Origin: Myxococcota bacterium
GTDB lineage: Bacteria; Myxococcota_A; Bradymonadia; UBA7976; UBA1532
Assembly (NCBI GenBank): GCA_036337435.1
Contig: JAYZEG010000024.1
Span: 1-64,000, forward strand
Direction of reading: 5' to 3'
Length of the DNA stretch: 64,000 nt
Shown: positions 19,504-29,990 of the stretch, one piece after another
Layout of the letters: the number at the start of each line of letters is the position of its first letter
Position numbering within the stretch: position 1 is the stretch's first letter
The notes under the pieces: model-generated
Databases searched by the model: none
What the model saw: only the letters and a program-made list of their open reading frames with translations
Told to the model about the DNA's origin: nothing
Program-made: the position numbers and the translations under genes

Positions 19504-20493
19504 GTGAATTCAGGTAAGCTGTCGCGCCCATTAATTGGTGAAGACCCATCTATCCAGAAAGTCCTTAACTTGGTTGCTAAAGTTGCTCCAACTGACAGCT
19601 CCGTATTGGTTTTGGGCGAAAGTGGCACCGGCAAAGAATTGATCGCTCGCGCCCTGCACGAAATGAGTCCCCGTGTTGGTAAGCCATTGGTGCCAATCAA
19701 TTGTGGCGCAATCCCCGAAAACCTATTGGAAAGTGAACTCTTTGGACATGTGAAAGGTGCCTTTACAGGTGCTGCCCAGAACCGCACAGGCCGTTTTGAA
19801 CTGGCAAATGGTGGCACGATATTTCTCGATGAAATCGGTGAAATGAGTCCGACTCTACAGGTGAAACTACTGCGTGTCCTGCAAGAACGATGTATCGAAC
19901 CGGTCGGTGGGGGGCGGAGTGTAGATGTCGATGTCCGTGTTGTGGCCGCGACCAATAAGGATCTTGAAGAGCAAATTGAGAATGGTAGCTTTCGGGAAGA
20001 CCTCTATTATCGACTCAACGTTGTGGAACTCAATCTGCCTGCTCTGCGACAGCGGACCAGCGACATTCCTCATTTGATTCGTTTTTTTAACAACCGCTTA
20101 CGTGAACAACGTAACCGCGGGATTAATGGAATCGCTGATGCGGCTTTAGACAAATTATTGGCTTACGGGTGGCCTGGCAACGTGCGCGAACTCGAGAATG
20201 TAGTCGAGCGGCTGACGGTGTTCTGCCATGACGAGGTCGTTCAATTAGACGACTTGCCTGCCAAAATTTTGTCGCCACGGAAACGAACTGGTGACATGCC
20301 TTACGATCTGCCCGAAGACGGCTGTGACCTGCGCGAGGTGCTAAATAGCCTAGAAGAACGACTTATCCGGCAAGCTCTTGATCGAACTGGCTGGAATAAA
20401 AACAAAGCGGCATCACTTTTGCGTATGAACCGGACGACCTTAGTTGAGAAACTAAAGAAAAAAGAGATATTGAGTCCGAACGAGGAAAAATGA
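19504..20493 (+). CDS. Sigma-54-dependent activator (AAA+ and Fis HTH), FleQ/FlrA-like flagellar master regulator without N-terminal sensor domain
   Basis: GESGTGKE, ESELFGHVKGAFTGA, FLDEIGE, WPGNVREL, C-terminal HTH. Likely start GTG 19504 with GGAG SD (the track gives TTG 19480). Heads the flagellar cluster. Confidence 0.9.
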   Translation: MNSGKLSRPLIGEDPSIQKVLNLVAKVAPTDSSVLVLGESGTGKELIARALHEMSPRVGKPLVPINCGAIPENLLESELFGHVKGAFTGAAQNRTGRFELANGGTIFLDEIGEMSPTLQVKLLRVLQERCIEPVGGGRSVDVDVRVVAATNKDLEEQIENGSFREDLYYRLNVVELNLPALRQRTSDIPHLIRFFNNRLREQRNRGINGIADAALDKLLAYGWPGNVRELENVVERLTVFCHDEVVQLDDLPAKILSPRKRTGDMPYDLPEDGCDLREVLNSLEERLIRQALDRTGWNKNKAASLLRMNRTTLVEKLKKKEILSPNEEK

Positions 20494-22979
20494 ACGATAA
20501 CCAGTATAAGACAGTACGAAAGATGCAGACGCGACCTTGTGGCTGCAGCCGTACGCATCGTCTTCTGGTCCAATGTTCCATCGGAGCATGCCTTCTGATT
20601 CTGGCCCTGACAGTGACACCGGCCTTTGGCCAGGGACGTGTTGCTACCGTAAAGGAAAAACTCGACCCCCTTCCGAATTTCCGCAGAATCGAATTGCGGG
20701 TATCGCCGGAATTTTCTGCAAAATGTCGCCAGGCTGGTCGGAAAGTAACCTGTGCTGTATCAAAGTTGCCGGACCGTTTTCCAGAGTTGATGGTTGGTCT
20801 TCGTGGCGGAAACATGGCCGGCATAGAACTGGTTGAAAAACGGAAGAAAACCCAGATTGTCTTTAAGCTAAAACAACCTTCTTATGGCTTTCAAGACCGC
20901 GTTCTTAGCTATCCCACGAGATGGGTGCTCGAATTTGGAGCACCTTTGGTTTTAATGGGCGCGGTAGAAGAACAGTTCCCCTTCAGACCATATCCGGTAC
21001 CATCCACCAACATCAGTGCCAAATTGCCTCCAGCAAATCTTCATGAATTAGCACCAGGTCCAAATGAAAATCGACTTTTGAATGCGTGCTATAAATTATG
21101 GCGTCAACGCCGGATGCTTGAAGCCATCGACATTTGCAACGAGGCGATTGAGTCTAAGGCCGATTCCGCGGCGGGGGTGATGGCGAAAAAAATTCTCGCT
21201 GAAATCTGGATGGGATTTGTCGATCCAAAAGTGACCGACAAGCTACCCAAGATTATTAAGGCACTTGAGGATGCCCAAGACGCGTCAAAACAACCGGAGG
21301 ACGGTGCGCGATATTCGCTGTTGGTCGCTCAGACGCTCGAGGCTGTAGGCTACTTAAACCGAGCCGAGATGAAGCTTGCAAACGCCGTTGCAAAGTATGA
21401 GAAAACGCGCGCTGCATCATATCTGCTCGCCGCCAGGGCACGTATGCTCATGCGACTCAAGGAAAGCGGTAAGGCGCGTGCCGTGTTACAAAAGCTGAGG
21501 GAAATTCGCAGTGGACAACCAACAGTTGGGGCCGCTTTATTAGCCCTCGGCGAATTGGCATACAACGAAGGGAATTATGTCACTGCAATTGGCTTATTTG
21601 ACAATGTGTCCGCGAAATGGCCCGAGCTTTTTAATGCCAATTCGACAGCGGTATTTCAAGCAGCCGAATTGTATCGTTTATTTGACCGTGGTGACGAGGC
21701 AAAGACGGCTTATGAGCGCTTCTTGAAGTTGCCCATCAAGACCATTCCGGATTGGATGGCAAACATCAGGTTGCTTGAATTGAAAACAGCTGACGCGCCG
21801 GAGATGGCGGCAGCAGGCTTCAGAAAACTTGCGCTTTCCCTCTCGAAGACGGAAGGACAGGATCTCGCCTTCATTCGCTTCGCTCGTCTCACAGATAAAG
21901 CGTCTGAACGGCGTCGAATTCTTCAAAGTTTGGCAGCTGCTTCGACGACCCCATACGTATTCGAAGAACTGACGACATTGTCCATTCAGCAAGCACTTGA
22001 GGATGGTTCGTTGGACGATGCATATCGATTTGCTAGCACCCTTTGGCGCGAGGTGCCGGACGCTTACGTCCTCAAGGCTGCCCCGCTGCTTTTCGAACGG
22101 GTTTTAACCTTGCAGTTGCTCAAGCAGGTCGCGGCCAAAAAAAATTTCGAAGTCTTGAAGCTGTATTACCTCAAAAAACAAAGATTCGAATCCCATCGAA
22201 AACGTGGTGCGATTCATTTGCTTGTGGCGAAGGCTCTTCGGTCATTGTTCATGCTCGAAGAAGCTCGTTTGGTTCTCCAGAAAGGCCTTGGTGGGCGCGT
22301 CATTGAAAAAGAACCAGCTGTCACAGCCCAGCTGTACTTAAATATGGCGGCCGTTCTCCGTGAGCAGAAAGACCAATTTCGTCTCGGAGAAATACTTGCC
22401 TACATGGATGATCGCTACCCAAAGCGCTTCGATAGCTACGATTATTGGTTGTCAAAGGTGTACCATGCCTGGTGGTCGAAGGACCTTAAAAGGGCGAGAA
22501 AGATGTTAGTTTATGCCTTAAATGGACCGATCTCTGATCGGCAAAAACTGAGTCTAATGGATCTTTTGGCGGACCTTTATTTGGAAATGAAAGACCCGGT
22601 TGCAGCGACCAAAACTCTGGAAGCGTTGATCAAGGAACATGACCGACAGGGTGGTGCACGGGCCGACACGCGTCGAAGGCGGGCGCGTTGGCGCTTATGC
22701 GAAGTTTGGATGGGTCAGTCTGATCAAGGGACGACTCTGGCCCATTTGTTGCGCTTTCTGGAAGAATATCCTGAAGACGGCCATCGATTCGAGGCCCGCT
22801 ATTTTGTTGGTAAAGCATTTATAGAACTGGACATGCCGCAAAAAGCCAAGCGCCAATGGGATATCGTTTCGAGAGAAGACTCTGCCGGCGTTTTTGGTAA
22901 ACTGGCCAAGTTGGAGCTCAAAATGTTGGCCTGGCGTCAGAATCAACTGAACAAAGTTCTCAAACCAATCAAATTGTAA
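20490..22979 (+). CDS. Large exported TPR protein associated with the flagellar cluster
   Basis: Hydrophobic signal-like segment, beta-rich N-domain, then TPR-like helices; ATGA overlap with the activator. Confidence 0.7.
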   Translation: MNDNQYKTVRKMQTRPCGCSRTHRLLVQCSIGACLLILALTVTPAFGQGRVATVKEKLDPLPNFRRIELRVSPEFSAKCRQAGRKVTCAVSKLPDRFPELMVGLRGGNMAGIELVEKRKKTQIVFKLKQPSYGFQDRVLSYPTRWVLEFGAPLVLMGAVEEQFPFRPYPVPSTNISAKLPPANLHELAPGPNENRLLNACYKLWRQRRMLEAIDICNEAIESKADSAAGVMAKKILAEIWMGFVDPKVTDKLPKIIKALEDAQDASKQPEDGARYSLLVAQTLEAVGYLNRAEMKLANAVAKYEKTRAASYLLAARARMLMRLKESGKARAVLQKLREIRSGQPTVGAALLALGELAYNEGNYVTAIGLFDNVSAKWPELFNANSTAVFQAAELYRLFDRGDEAKTAYERFLKLPIKTIPDWMANIRLLELKTADAPEMAAAGFRKLALSLSKTEGQDLAFIRFARLTDKASERRRILQSLAAASTTPYVFEELTTLSIQQALEDGSLDDAYRFASTLWREVPDAYVLKAAPLLFERVLTLQLLKQVAAKKNFEVLKLYYLKKQRFESHRKRGAIHLLVAKALRSLFMLEEARLVLQKGLGGRVIEKEPAVTAQLYLNMAAVLREQKDQFRLGEILAYMDDRYPKRFDSYDYWLSKVYHAWWSKDLKRARKMLVYALNGPISDRQKLSLMDLLADLYLEMKDPVAATKTLEALIKEHDRQGGARADTRRRRARWRLCEVWMGQSDQGTTLAHLLRFLEEYPEDGHRFEARYFVGKAFIELDMPQKAKRQWDIVSREDSAGVFGKLAKLELKMLAWRQNQLNKVLKPIKL

Positions 22980-23087
22980 GCGTCTGTTGTCCACTCGCCA
23001 ATGACTCGAACAATGTCATGGTCCACGAAGCCAAGTTCAATCGAACAGACGCACCATCGACGATTTCCTCCTTCATTCAAAAAAAGA

Positions 23088-23101
23088 GTCAAAAGCCTGA
23101 C
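23088..23101. promoter_or_regulatory. Candidate activator-binding site (FleQ-like box) upstream of flgB
   Basis: GTCA-AAAGCC-TGAC palindrome about 65 nt upstream of the -24 element. Confidence 0.45.
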
Positions 23102-23164
23102 GGGAAATCACACAGGCTTGGCAGTTTGAGTTCGTGAGTCCCTCATTTTTAGGGGGGGAGAGAT

Positions 23165-23180
23165 TGGCACGCTTCTCGCA
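23165..23180 (+). promoter_or_regulatory. Sigma-54 (-24/-12) promoter of the flgB operon
   Basis: TGGCACGCTTCTCGCA, with GG at 23166 and GC at 23178 (exact 12-nt spacing). Confidence 0.75.
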
Positions 23181-23221
23181 TTGACACTTATTCGGAACGA
23201 TGTCGCTAAAGGAGTGGCGCC

Positions 23222-23623
23222 ATGAAATTACTTTTTGATCGATTAGGTTCAACGCTCGAACATGCACTTGATTTCCGTCTCGAACGCGGAAACATGATCG
23301 CGGCGAACCTCGCTAATGTGGATACGCCCGGTTACACGCCGGTCGAACTCAAATTTGACGAACAGTTGGGTGACTTCCTGTCCGGAAAGAATCCACCAAA
23401 CGTCTCTCAGACCCAGGCAACACATTTAGGCCCATCGGAGCTCGCTCCTCGAGGTGATGTCGAATTTGACTATTTCTCGTTGCCCAATCAGGACGGAAAC
23501 TCGGTCGACATGGATCATGAAATGTCCAAGTTGGCTGGGAATCAATTGCTCTACAGGGCAACTACCAAAGTTTATACCAAGCGGATGGCATTGATTAAAT
23601 ACGCGATTCAGGAGGGTGGTTAA
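23222..23623 (+). CDS. flgB: Flagellar basal-body rod protein FlgB
   Basis: 'IAANLANVDTPGY', 'DGNSVDMDHEM'. Confidence 0.95.
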   Translation: MKLLFDRLGSTLEHALDFRLERGNMIAANLANVDTPGYTPVELKFDEQLGDFLSGKNPPNVSQTQATHLGPSELAPRGDVEFDYFSLPNQDGNSVDMDHEMSKLAGNQLLYRATTKVYTKRMALIKYAIQEGG

Positions 23624-24066
23624 TGGATTTCTTTACAGGACTTAAGATCGCATCGACCGGATTGAGCGTTCAACGGACGCGCATGAATATCACAGCGAGT
23701 AACTTGGCCAATGTTGAGACCACACGGACTGACGGTCCGGAAAGCGGCCCGTACCGTAAGCGTTCCGCAGTGGTCACGGCTGTGCCTTTGTCAGAGACTT
23801 TTGAGGAAGTTTTTGGGGATGCACTGCACGACAAAACTCATGGTGCTGCCGTTTCGTATATCCATAAAGATGAGACGACTGGTCGATTGCAGTTTGATCC
23901 AGATCACCCCGATGCAAATCAGGATGGCTATGTCGAAATGCCCAACGTCAATCCAATTGACGAAATGGTTAACATGTTGACGAGCCAACGAAGCTACGAT
24001 GCCAACGTCACGGCCGTTCGAGCGATTAAGGGCATGGCCCAGAGTGCTCTTGAGATAGGAGACTGA
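23623..24066 (+). CDS. flgC: Flagellar basal-body rod protein FlgC
   Basis: 'QRTRMNITASNLAN', 'DPDHPDA..DGYVEMPNVN..EM'. Confidence 0.95.
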   Translation: MDFFTGLKIASTGLSVQRTRMNITASNLANVETTRTDGPESGPYRKRSAVVTAVPLSETFEEVFGDALHDKTHGAAVSYIHKDETTGRLQFDPDHPDANQDGYVEMPNVNPIDEMVNMLTSQRSYDANVTAVRAIKGMAQSALEIGD

Positions 24067-24068
24067 TC

Positions 24069-24401
24069 ATGGCGGGACCAATGGGACTGAGTCAATTACC
24101 GAATCTTTCAATTCAGACAGAGTCTAGACCAGGGGTACGCCTCGGTCATATGGCTAAAACAGAGGGCCCGTCAGGCGTTCAGAAGTCTTTTTCAGAGTTC
24201 TTGGACGCCCAACTTGAGGATGTGAATACGGCGCAGATTGAAGCTGATAAAGCGGTTGCAGCAATGGCGACAGGGCGTAGTCACAACATTCATGAAATGA
24301 TGATCGCGCTTGATAAAGCTGACGTTTCGTTTCGCTTGGCAACAAAGGTTCGAAACAAAGCTGTCGAAGCGTATCAAGAAATCATGAGAATGCAGTTCTA
24401 A
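24069..24401 (+). CDS. fliE: Hook-basal body protein FliE
   Basis: 'HEMMIALDKA..F....VRNKAVEAYQEIMRMQF'. Confidence 0.95.
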   Translation: MAGPMGLSQLPNLSIQTESRPGVRLGHMAKTEGPSGVQKSFSEFLDAQLEDVNTAQIEADKAVAAMATGRSHNIHEMMIALDKADVSFRLATKVRNKAVEAYQEIMRMQF

Positions 24402-24421
24402 GGCTGTTGGAGTAACTCGTC

Positions 24422-26113
24422 ATGGAAGAACAATTACCGAAGAGTCCAATCGCCCGAACCATCGAGCGTCTACGGGAGATTAATGATCGCCTGACAAACG
24501 TTCAAAAGATGGCGGTGAGCGCATTGATGATCGCCTTGGTGCTGGGCGTCGCGTTGGCATTTTGGTTTGCTAACGATCGCGAATACGCAACCCTGTACTC
24601 CGACCTCGATGAGCAGCAAGCGGGTCGAGTGACGGAGGAACTCAAGAAGCGTAATGTCGATTATCAACTCGGCGCAGGTGGGACCAATGTGATGGTTCCA
24701 TCGGACCAAGTGTACGAGCTGCGACTTCAACTGGCCTCGACCGGCGCCACCAGTGGAACCAATGTTGGTTATGAATTGATTGACCAGAATAAGTTCTTCG
24801 GCATGCCCGCAGATGTACTTGAGGTCACCAAGAAGAGAATGCTTGAAGGCGAGTTAGCTCGGTCTGTAAGTAGCCTCTCCGAGGTGAGTGCGGCGCGAGT
24901 TCACTTGGCCACACCGAAGAAAACCATCTTTGTCGAGGAGCAGAGACCCCCCTCGGCCTCTGTCGTCGTTCAGCTAGAGCGGGGCGGCACGCTGACCCAA
25001 TTTCAAGTCAAAGGCATTGTTAACTTAGTCTCCGGGGCTGTGACCAACCTTGAACCTGAAAATGTCACAGTCGTCGATCAACGGGGTAAGGTACTCAACC
25101 GGAAGACGCCTGATTCTGTAGAAGGAGGCACGACTTTTGAGTACCAGCAGACTTTGGAACGCACCCTTGAAGCCAAGGCGACAGAGGTATTGGAGCGAAT
25201 CGTTGGGTCGGGCCGAGCCGTCGTTCGAGTTCGAGCAACATTAGACTTTAGCCGAGAAGAGCGGACTGAAGAATTATACAACCCTGATGGCCAGGTGGTG
25301 AGAAGTGAAGAGTCGCTCAACGAAATTCGCCAAAATGGCGGGAATCGGGTGGGCGGTGCAGCCGGTGCAGCCGCCAACAATCAAAACGTAGCGCAAGGTG
25401 TGGTCCGTGTTGGAGATGCAAGCAATGCGAACCGCGAAAAGGTGATCACCAATTATGAGATCAATAAGGTTGTAAAGCGAGTCAAGGGACCATCGGCACA
25501 GATTCAGCGCTTGTCTATCGCTGTGCTTGTAGCCAATAAGATCGTGACACCAGAGCCAAAAGAAGATGCGGAAGGCGATGAGGCTGTCCCTCAGCCCCAA
25601 TCGGTTGCCCGGACGAAAGAAGAACTGGTTGCCATTGAGCAACTCGTAAAACAAGCAGTTGGTTTTCACAACAGTGATGCCCGCAAGGACGTCATTACAG
25701 TTCAGAATGTTGAGTTCACCGATGAGGACACAAAACTTGCTGAAGCCCAGTTGCGTGCGGCTGAGCTCCGGGAGGCTGTGCGGTTCTGGACCCGTATGGG
25801 GATCGTCCTGGTCGTGGCTTTGCTCTTGGTGTTCCTGGTCTTTAGACCAATGGTTCGCACTCTGACCGAGCAGCCTGAACTGGCAGAGGTTCTTGATGGT
25901 CAGTTGCCCAAGTCGGAGGACTCAGCACTGCCGGGTGAAGAACTATTCGACGAATCCGAATACGAAATGGTCCCGATAAATGAGAAACTTGTGGCTTACT
26001 GTAAGGCTAATCCACAAACAGCGGCGGATGTACTCGCTCACTGGTTGCGTTCTGAGAGCAAACAAAAGAACATGCATGAAGAACTCGAAGAACTGGAAGA
26101 GTCCGCCGCATAA
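24422..26113 (+). CDS. fliF: MS-ring protein FliF
   Basis: Two TMs; 'LEGELARSV', 'ARVHLA', 'PSASV', 'NYEI', 'RLSIAVLV'. Confidence 0.95.
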   Translation: MEEQLPKSPIARTIERLREINDRLTNVQKMAVSALMIALVLGVALAFWFANDREYATLYSDLDEQQAGRVTEELKKRNVDYQLGAGGTNVMVPSDQVYELRLQLASTGATSGTNVGYELIDQNKFFGMPADVLEVTKKRMLEGELARSVSSLSEVSAARVHLATPKKTIFVEEQRPPSASVVVQLERGGTLTQFQVKGIVNLVSGAVTNLEPENVTVVDQRGKVLNRKTPDSVEGGTTFEYQQTLERTLEAKATEVLERIVGSGRAVVRVRATLDFSREERTEELYNPDGQVVRSEESLNEIRQNGGNRVGGAAGAAANNQNVAQGVVRVGDASNANREKVITNYEINKVVKRVKGPSAQIQRLSIAVLVANKIVTPEPKEDAEGDEAVPQPQSVARTKEELVAIEQLVKQAVGFHNSDARKDVITVQNVEFTDEDTKLAEAQLRAAELREAVRFWTRMGIVLVVALLLVFLVFRPMVRTLTEQPELAEVLDGQLPKSEDSALPGEELFDESEYEMVPINEKLVAYCKANPQTAADVLAHWLRSESKQKNMHEELEELEESAA

Positions 26114-26140
26114 GGCGGCCAGATAAGCTAGGGCACGGCA

Positions 26141-27136
26141 ATGAATATCTCATCACAAAGCAAAGCAGCACTGGTCTTACTGATGCTCGGCGAAGAACTC
26201 GCAGGGGACATCTTTAAGAGGCTCGGGACCGATGATATCCGACTCTTGAGTCGAGGTATGCACGAGTTGCCGGCACTTGAGGACCATGTTCGAGATGATA
26301 TTCTAGAGGAATTCTATGACCTTTGTATCAAGGGCGATCCGCTCTTACTGACCAATGGTGTCGCTTTCTTGAACACCTTGGCGGAGAAGTACTTGGATGC
26401 GGAGGCAAACAAGGCCCTTCAAGAAGCACTGGTTATGGACAAACAGGCCAAGCTCGAGCTGGAAATGGTCGACTCGAAGATTTTGGCTAACTTGATTCGA
26501 AAAGAGCACCCGCAGACCATCGCATTGATTCTTGCTTATACAGACTCAGGAAAGAGTGCGGAGGTCTTGTCTCAGCTACCGGTCGAGATTCAGGTCGAAG
26601 TCTGCTTGAGAATGGCGAGTTTAGACACGGTAACACCGCAAACACTCAAGGCCGTCGAAAGTGCACTTCTGAGCGAATTGAAGGGATTCTTAGACTTGGA
26701 GGCCCAAGAGGCTTCGGGTGTCGTTCTTGTCGCCGAAATTCTAAATGCCATCGAGAAGTCTCACGAGGAGCGTATTTTCGAGCAGTTGATGGAGATCGAC
26801 CCAGAGCTTGCCGAAGAAATTCGCAACAACATGTTCGTTTTCGACGACTTGGTAAACCTGGACGACAGAGGTGTGCAGCAACTCTTAAGGTCAGTCGATA
26901 ACCAAACATTGCTCTTGGCTCTGAAGACTGCAGACGAGGTGATTCAGACCAAGATTATGGGCAACTTATCGAAGCGCGCAGCTGAGATGCTGATGGAAGA
27001 TATGGAAGTGATGGGGCCTGCGCGCTTGAGCGATGTCGAAAAGGCTCAAACGCAAATTACACAGCTGGCATTGAAGCTTGAGGCTGAAGGTAAGATTCAG
27101 ATTGCAAGAGCTGGCTCTGATGATGAGTTCGTTTAA
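26141..27136 (+). CDS. fliG: Motor switch protein FliG
   Basis: 'EHPQTIALIL', 'MFVFDDL', 'GPARLSDVEKAQ'. Confidence 0.95.
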   Translation: MNISSQSKAALVLLMLGEELAGDIFKRLGTDDIRLLSRGMHELPALEDHVRDDILEEFYDLCIKGDPLLLTNGVAFLNTLAEKYLDAEANKALQEALVMDKQAKLELEMVDSKILANLIRKEHPQTIALILAYTDSGKSAEVLSQLPVEIQVEVCLRMASLDTVTPQTLKAVESALLSELKGFLDLEAQEASGVVLVAEILNAIEKSHEERIFEQLMEIDPELAEEIRNNMFVFDDLVNLDDRGVQQLLRSVDNQTLLLALKTADEVIQTKIMGNLSKRAAEMLMEDMEVMGPARLSDVEKAQTQITQLALKLEAEGKIQIARAGSDDEFV

Positions 27137-27158
27137 TAGGTAAGGGTGGTACGGATAA

Positions 27159-27929
27159 ATGGGCATCATATCAAAAGAACATGCTGACCAAGTTCAGTCA
27201 TTTAGCTTTGCCGATTCCAACGCATCTGCAGCAGAAGCGTCTTCTTGGAGTCTCGCTGCACAGCAACCTGACGCTTTACCCGGCCCTCAGCCAGCCCAAG
27301 AATTGACCGGAGAGCCGACGCAACAGCACTCTCCAGAGCCGTCACCCGGCTCAGACGTGCAAGCCGCGGCTCATGAACCACAGGGGGCACCTGAGCTTGT
27401 GCAGCCAGTTTTTCAGGTTCCCGAAGAGACCTTAGGGCAGTTCTATGAGCAAGGGCTCCTAGCAGGCCAAGAAGAGGGTAAGAACCTCGTCTTCGCAGAA
27501 CTGACGATTCTCCAAGAACGATTTGCAGGAGCCTTGGATAATCTAGTCGGTGTTAGCAGGGAATTGTCCAGTCAAAACCAAATTCAGGTGATGACGCTCG
27601 CGTGTCAAATCGCAGAAACGCTTCTTCGAGGGGAGTTCAAAACCAATCCTGCCAGGCTGGTTGATCTCATTCGGGATGCCATTTCAAAGCAGACGAGTCA
27701 ATCTGAGGTTCTTGTGCGTTGCAGCCCGGGAGACTTTGAGTATATCTCAGGCCAGAAACCGCATCTCGTGGATGGACTCGACGGCGCTTTTTCGGTTCGC
27801 ATTGAGGAAAACCCCGAACTGGAATACGGCGATTTTCAGATCGAAACCAAAAAAGGCCAGATAGATGGCCGATTGTCGACCCGACTCGATGAGGTTCAGA
27901 ATGCACTGGAGGGGGACGGACATGTTTGA
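27159..27929 (+). CDS. fliH: Flagellar export protein FliH
   Basis: GxxxG repeat 'YEQGLLAGQEEG', C-terminal 'GDFQIET..GQIDG'; between fliG and fliI. Confidence 0.85.
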   Translation: MGIISKEHADQVQSFSFADSNASAAEASSWSLAAQQPDALPGPQPAQELTGEPTQQHSPEPSPGSDVQAAAHEPQGAPELVQPVFQVPEETLGQFYEQGLLAGQEEGKNLVFAELTILQERFAGALDNLVGVSRELSSQNQIQVMTLACQIAETLLRGEFKTNPARLVDLIRDAISKQTSQSEVLVRCSPGDFEYISGQKPHLVDGLDGAFSVRIEENPELEYGDFQIETKKGQIDGRLSTRLDEVQNALEGDGHV

Positions 27930-29265
27930 AACCAGCCAGTTTGGTGTCGATCTGAACGCACTCTCTCGTCGACTGGATGGGACCGGTGAACTGAAGGCGG
28001 AAGGCAAGGTGACCAAGGTCATTGGTCTCGTAGTCGAAGGGTATGTTCCGGGGGCATCCGTCGGGGCTTTATGCCAGATTTTTGCCGAAGGCGGTCGGGC
28101 TATCTCTGCTGAGGTCGTGGGGTTTCGAGATGATACCGCGCTGATGATGCCCTTGGGTGATATTGGTGGGATTCAGATGGGAAGTCGAATTAGACGCGTG
28201 AAAAGTCGCGCCTCCGTGCCCGTGGGACACGAGATGCTTGGACGCGTATTCGACGGGCTTGGCAATCCTCTCGATGGAAAACCGGAACCCAATTACGAAG
28301 GCGAGACCCCTCTATACGCTGACCCCATCAATCCGATGAAGCGGAAGCCAATCGATGAACCTGCTTGGATGGGAATCAAGGCCATCGACTGCCTGATGAC
28401 CTGCGGCCGCGGCCAACGTGTCGGTATTTTTGCTGGCTCCGGGGTTGGTAAGTCGGTCACACTCGGCATGATTGCGCGGCAGTGCAGTTCAGATATCAAT
28501 GTCATTGCTATGATCGGTGAGCGTGGCCGAGAAGTACTCGGCTTTATTGAGAAAGACCTTGGACCAGAGGGCTTAAAACGATCGGTGGTTGTTTGTGCAA
28601 CCAGTGATACCGCGCCTCTAATCCGCTTGCGGGCAGCTTGGTACGCCACGGCGATTGCAGAATTCTTCAGGGCACAAGGCAAGAATGTCGTTTTAATGAT
28701 GGACTCATTGACTCGTTTCTCCATGGCTCAACGTGAGATTGGTTTGGCCATCGGCGAGCCGCCCGCTACCCGCGGCTACACACCGAGTGTGTTTGCGCTT
28801 CTCCCAAGATTACTCGAGCGTGCTGGTCGCGATGATGGACCGGGTTCCATCACAGGCTTATACACGGTTCTCGTCGAGGGAGACGACTTGAATGATCCCA
28901 TCGGAGATGCTGCACGGTCCATTCTTGATGGACATATCGTTCTGAGTCGAGATCTTGCGGCTCAAAATCATTATCCGGCGATCGACGTTCTGGTGAGTGC
29001 GAGCCGAGTCATGAATGATGTCGCAAGTCGCCAGCATCGAGATGATAGCGGCAAAATCAGAGAGCTGATGGCGGCCTACAGAAAGGCCGAAGACCTCGTC
29101 AACATTGGCGCTTATCGACAAGGAGCTAATCCGACCATCGATCGAGCACTGTCACAAATTGATTCTATCAATCAACTCTTGAGACAACGAATCGAGGAAG
29201 ATGCTTCTGCGGATGCAGCCCTCGGAATGATGAATCAAATCGTCCAGGCAGGTGGTGGCGTATGA
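27922..29265 (+). CDS. fliI: Flagellar export ATPase FliI
   Basis: Walker A 'AGSGVGKS', 'MMDSLTRF', 'LLERAG', 'SILDGHIVL'; start ATG 27922. Confidence 0.96.
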   Translation: MFETSQFGVDLNALSRRLDGTGELKAEGKVTKVIGLVVEGYVPGASVGALCQIFAEGGRAISAEVVGFRDDTALMMPLGDIGGIQMGSRIRRVKSRASVPVGHEMLGRVFDGLGNPLDGKPEPNYEGETPLYADPINPMKRKPIDEPAWMGIKAIDCLMTCGRGQRVGIFAGSGVGKSVTLGMIARQCSSDINVIAMIGERGREVLGFIEKDLGPEGLKRSVVVCATSDTAPLIRLRAAWYATAIAEFFRAQGKNVVLMMDSLTRFSMAQREIGLAIGEPPATRGYTPSVFALLPRLLERAGRDDGPGSITGLYTVLVEGDDLNDPIGDAARSILDGHIVLSRDLAAQNHYPAIDVLVSASRVMNDVASRQHRDDSGKIRELMAAYRKAEDLVNIGAYRQGANPTIDRALSQIDSINQLLRQRIEEDASADAALGMMNQIVQAGGGV

Positions 29266-29927
29266 AGCGTTTAGAGAGCACGATCTTGATTGTAGTGCTG
29301 TTTCTCATGCCGGGGGTGTTGCCTGCACAGGCACCAGCAGACAAGAATCGTAGCGCGGCACAGGCGCCTAAAAAAAACGAGACGAACAAGAAACAGCAAA
29401 AAAAGATTGGAGAAATCGCTGGGCAGCGGACTTTGGTTGATGCCCTCGATGAGCAGGTCCCCTTGGAAATTGGCGTTCAGCTTAGGATTTTTCGGCAGGC
29501 GCGGACACGCCGGAGTGAAATCGAACGGTTGGAAGGGGAGCTCGATCGTCGGTCGGCTCGGCTCAAAGGCCTCATTGACCAGGTTGAGTCACGCTATAAG
29601 ACATTGCGGATGATCCAAGACGAGTTGGCTGTCACCGCAGAGGAAAGTCAAGACACGAGCAGAGCAGACGAACCCGATGTGAGCGATGAAGAGAAGAAGC
29701 GAAAGCAATTGGAGAAAGTTGCTAAGCTCGCAAAAGTATTTAACAAAATGAAGGCAGAGGACGCAGCGAAGATGATTCCATCAATGGAAATCGATTTGGT
29801 TGTTGCTGTCATCGAACGGATCAAACCCAAACAGTCAGCAAAAATACTCAGCAAAATTGACCCAGAAAAAGCGGCCCAGATCACCGGCATGTTAACCGGC
29901 ATGGGCACTGGGAAAAAACGGAACTAG
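29262..29927 (+). CDS. MotE/YlxF/FlbB-like flagellar protein (coiled coil and MgtE-N-like helical domain)
   Basis: Signal peptide, coiled coil, 'KLAKVFNKMKAEDAAKMI..AKILSKIDPEKAAQIT'; between fliI and fliK. Confidence 0.75.
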   Translation: MKRLESTILIVVLFLMPGVLPAQAPADKNRSAAQAPKKNETNKKQQKKIGEIAGQRTLVDALDEQVPLEIGVQLRIFRQARTRRSEIERLEGELDRRSARLKGLIDQVESRYKTLRMIQDELAVTAEESQDTSRADEPDVSDEEKKRKQLEKVAKLAKVFNKMKAEDAAKMIPSMEIDLVVAVIERIKPKQSAKILSKIDPEKAAQITGMLTGMGTGKKRN

Positions 29928-29990
29928 ACGCCTTAGCACGTTTGGTACCCATAAGACGGCTCGACATGGAGTTGAGCAAGGAGGGAGCAC

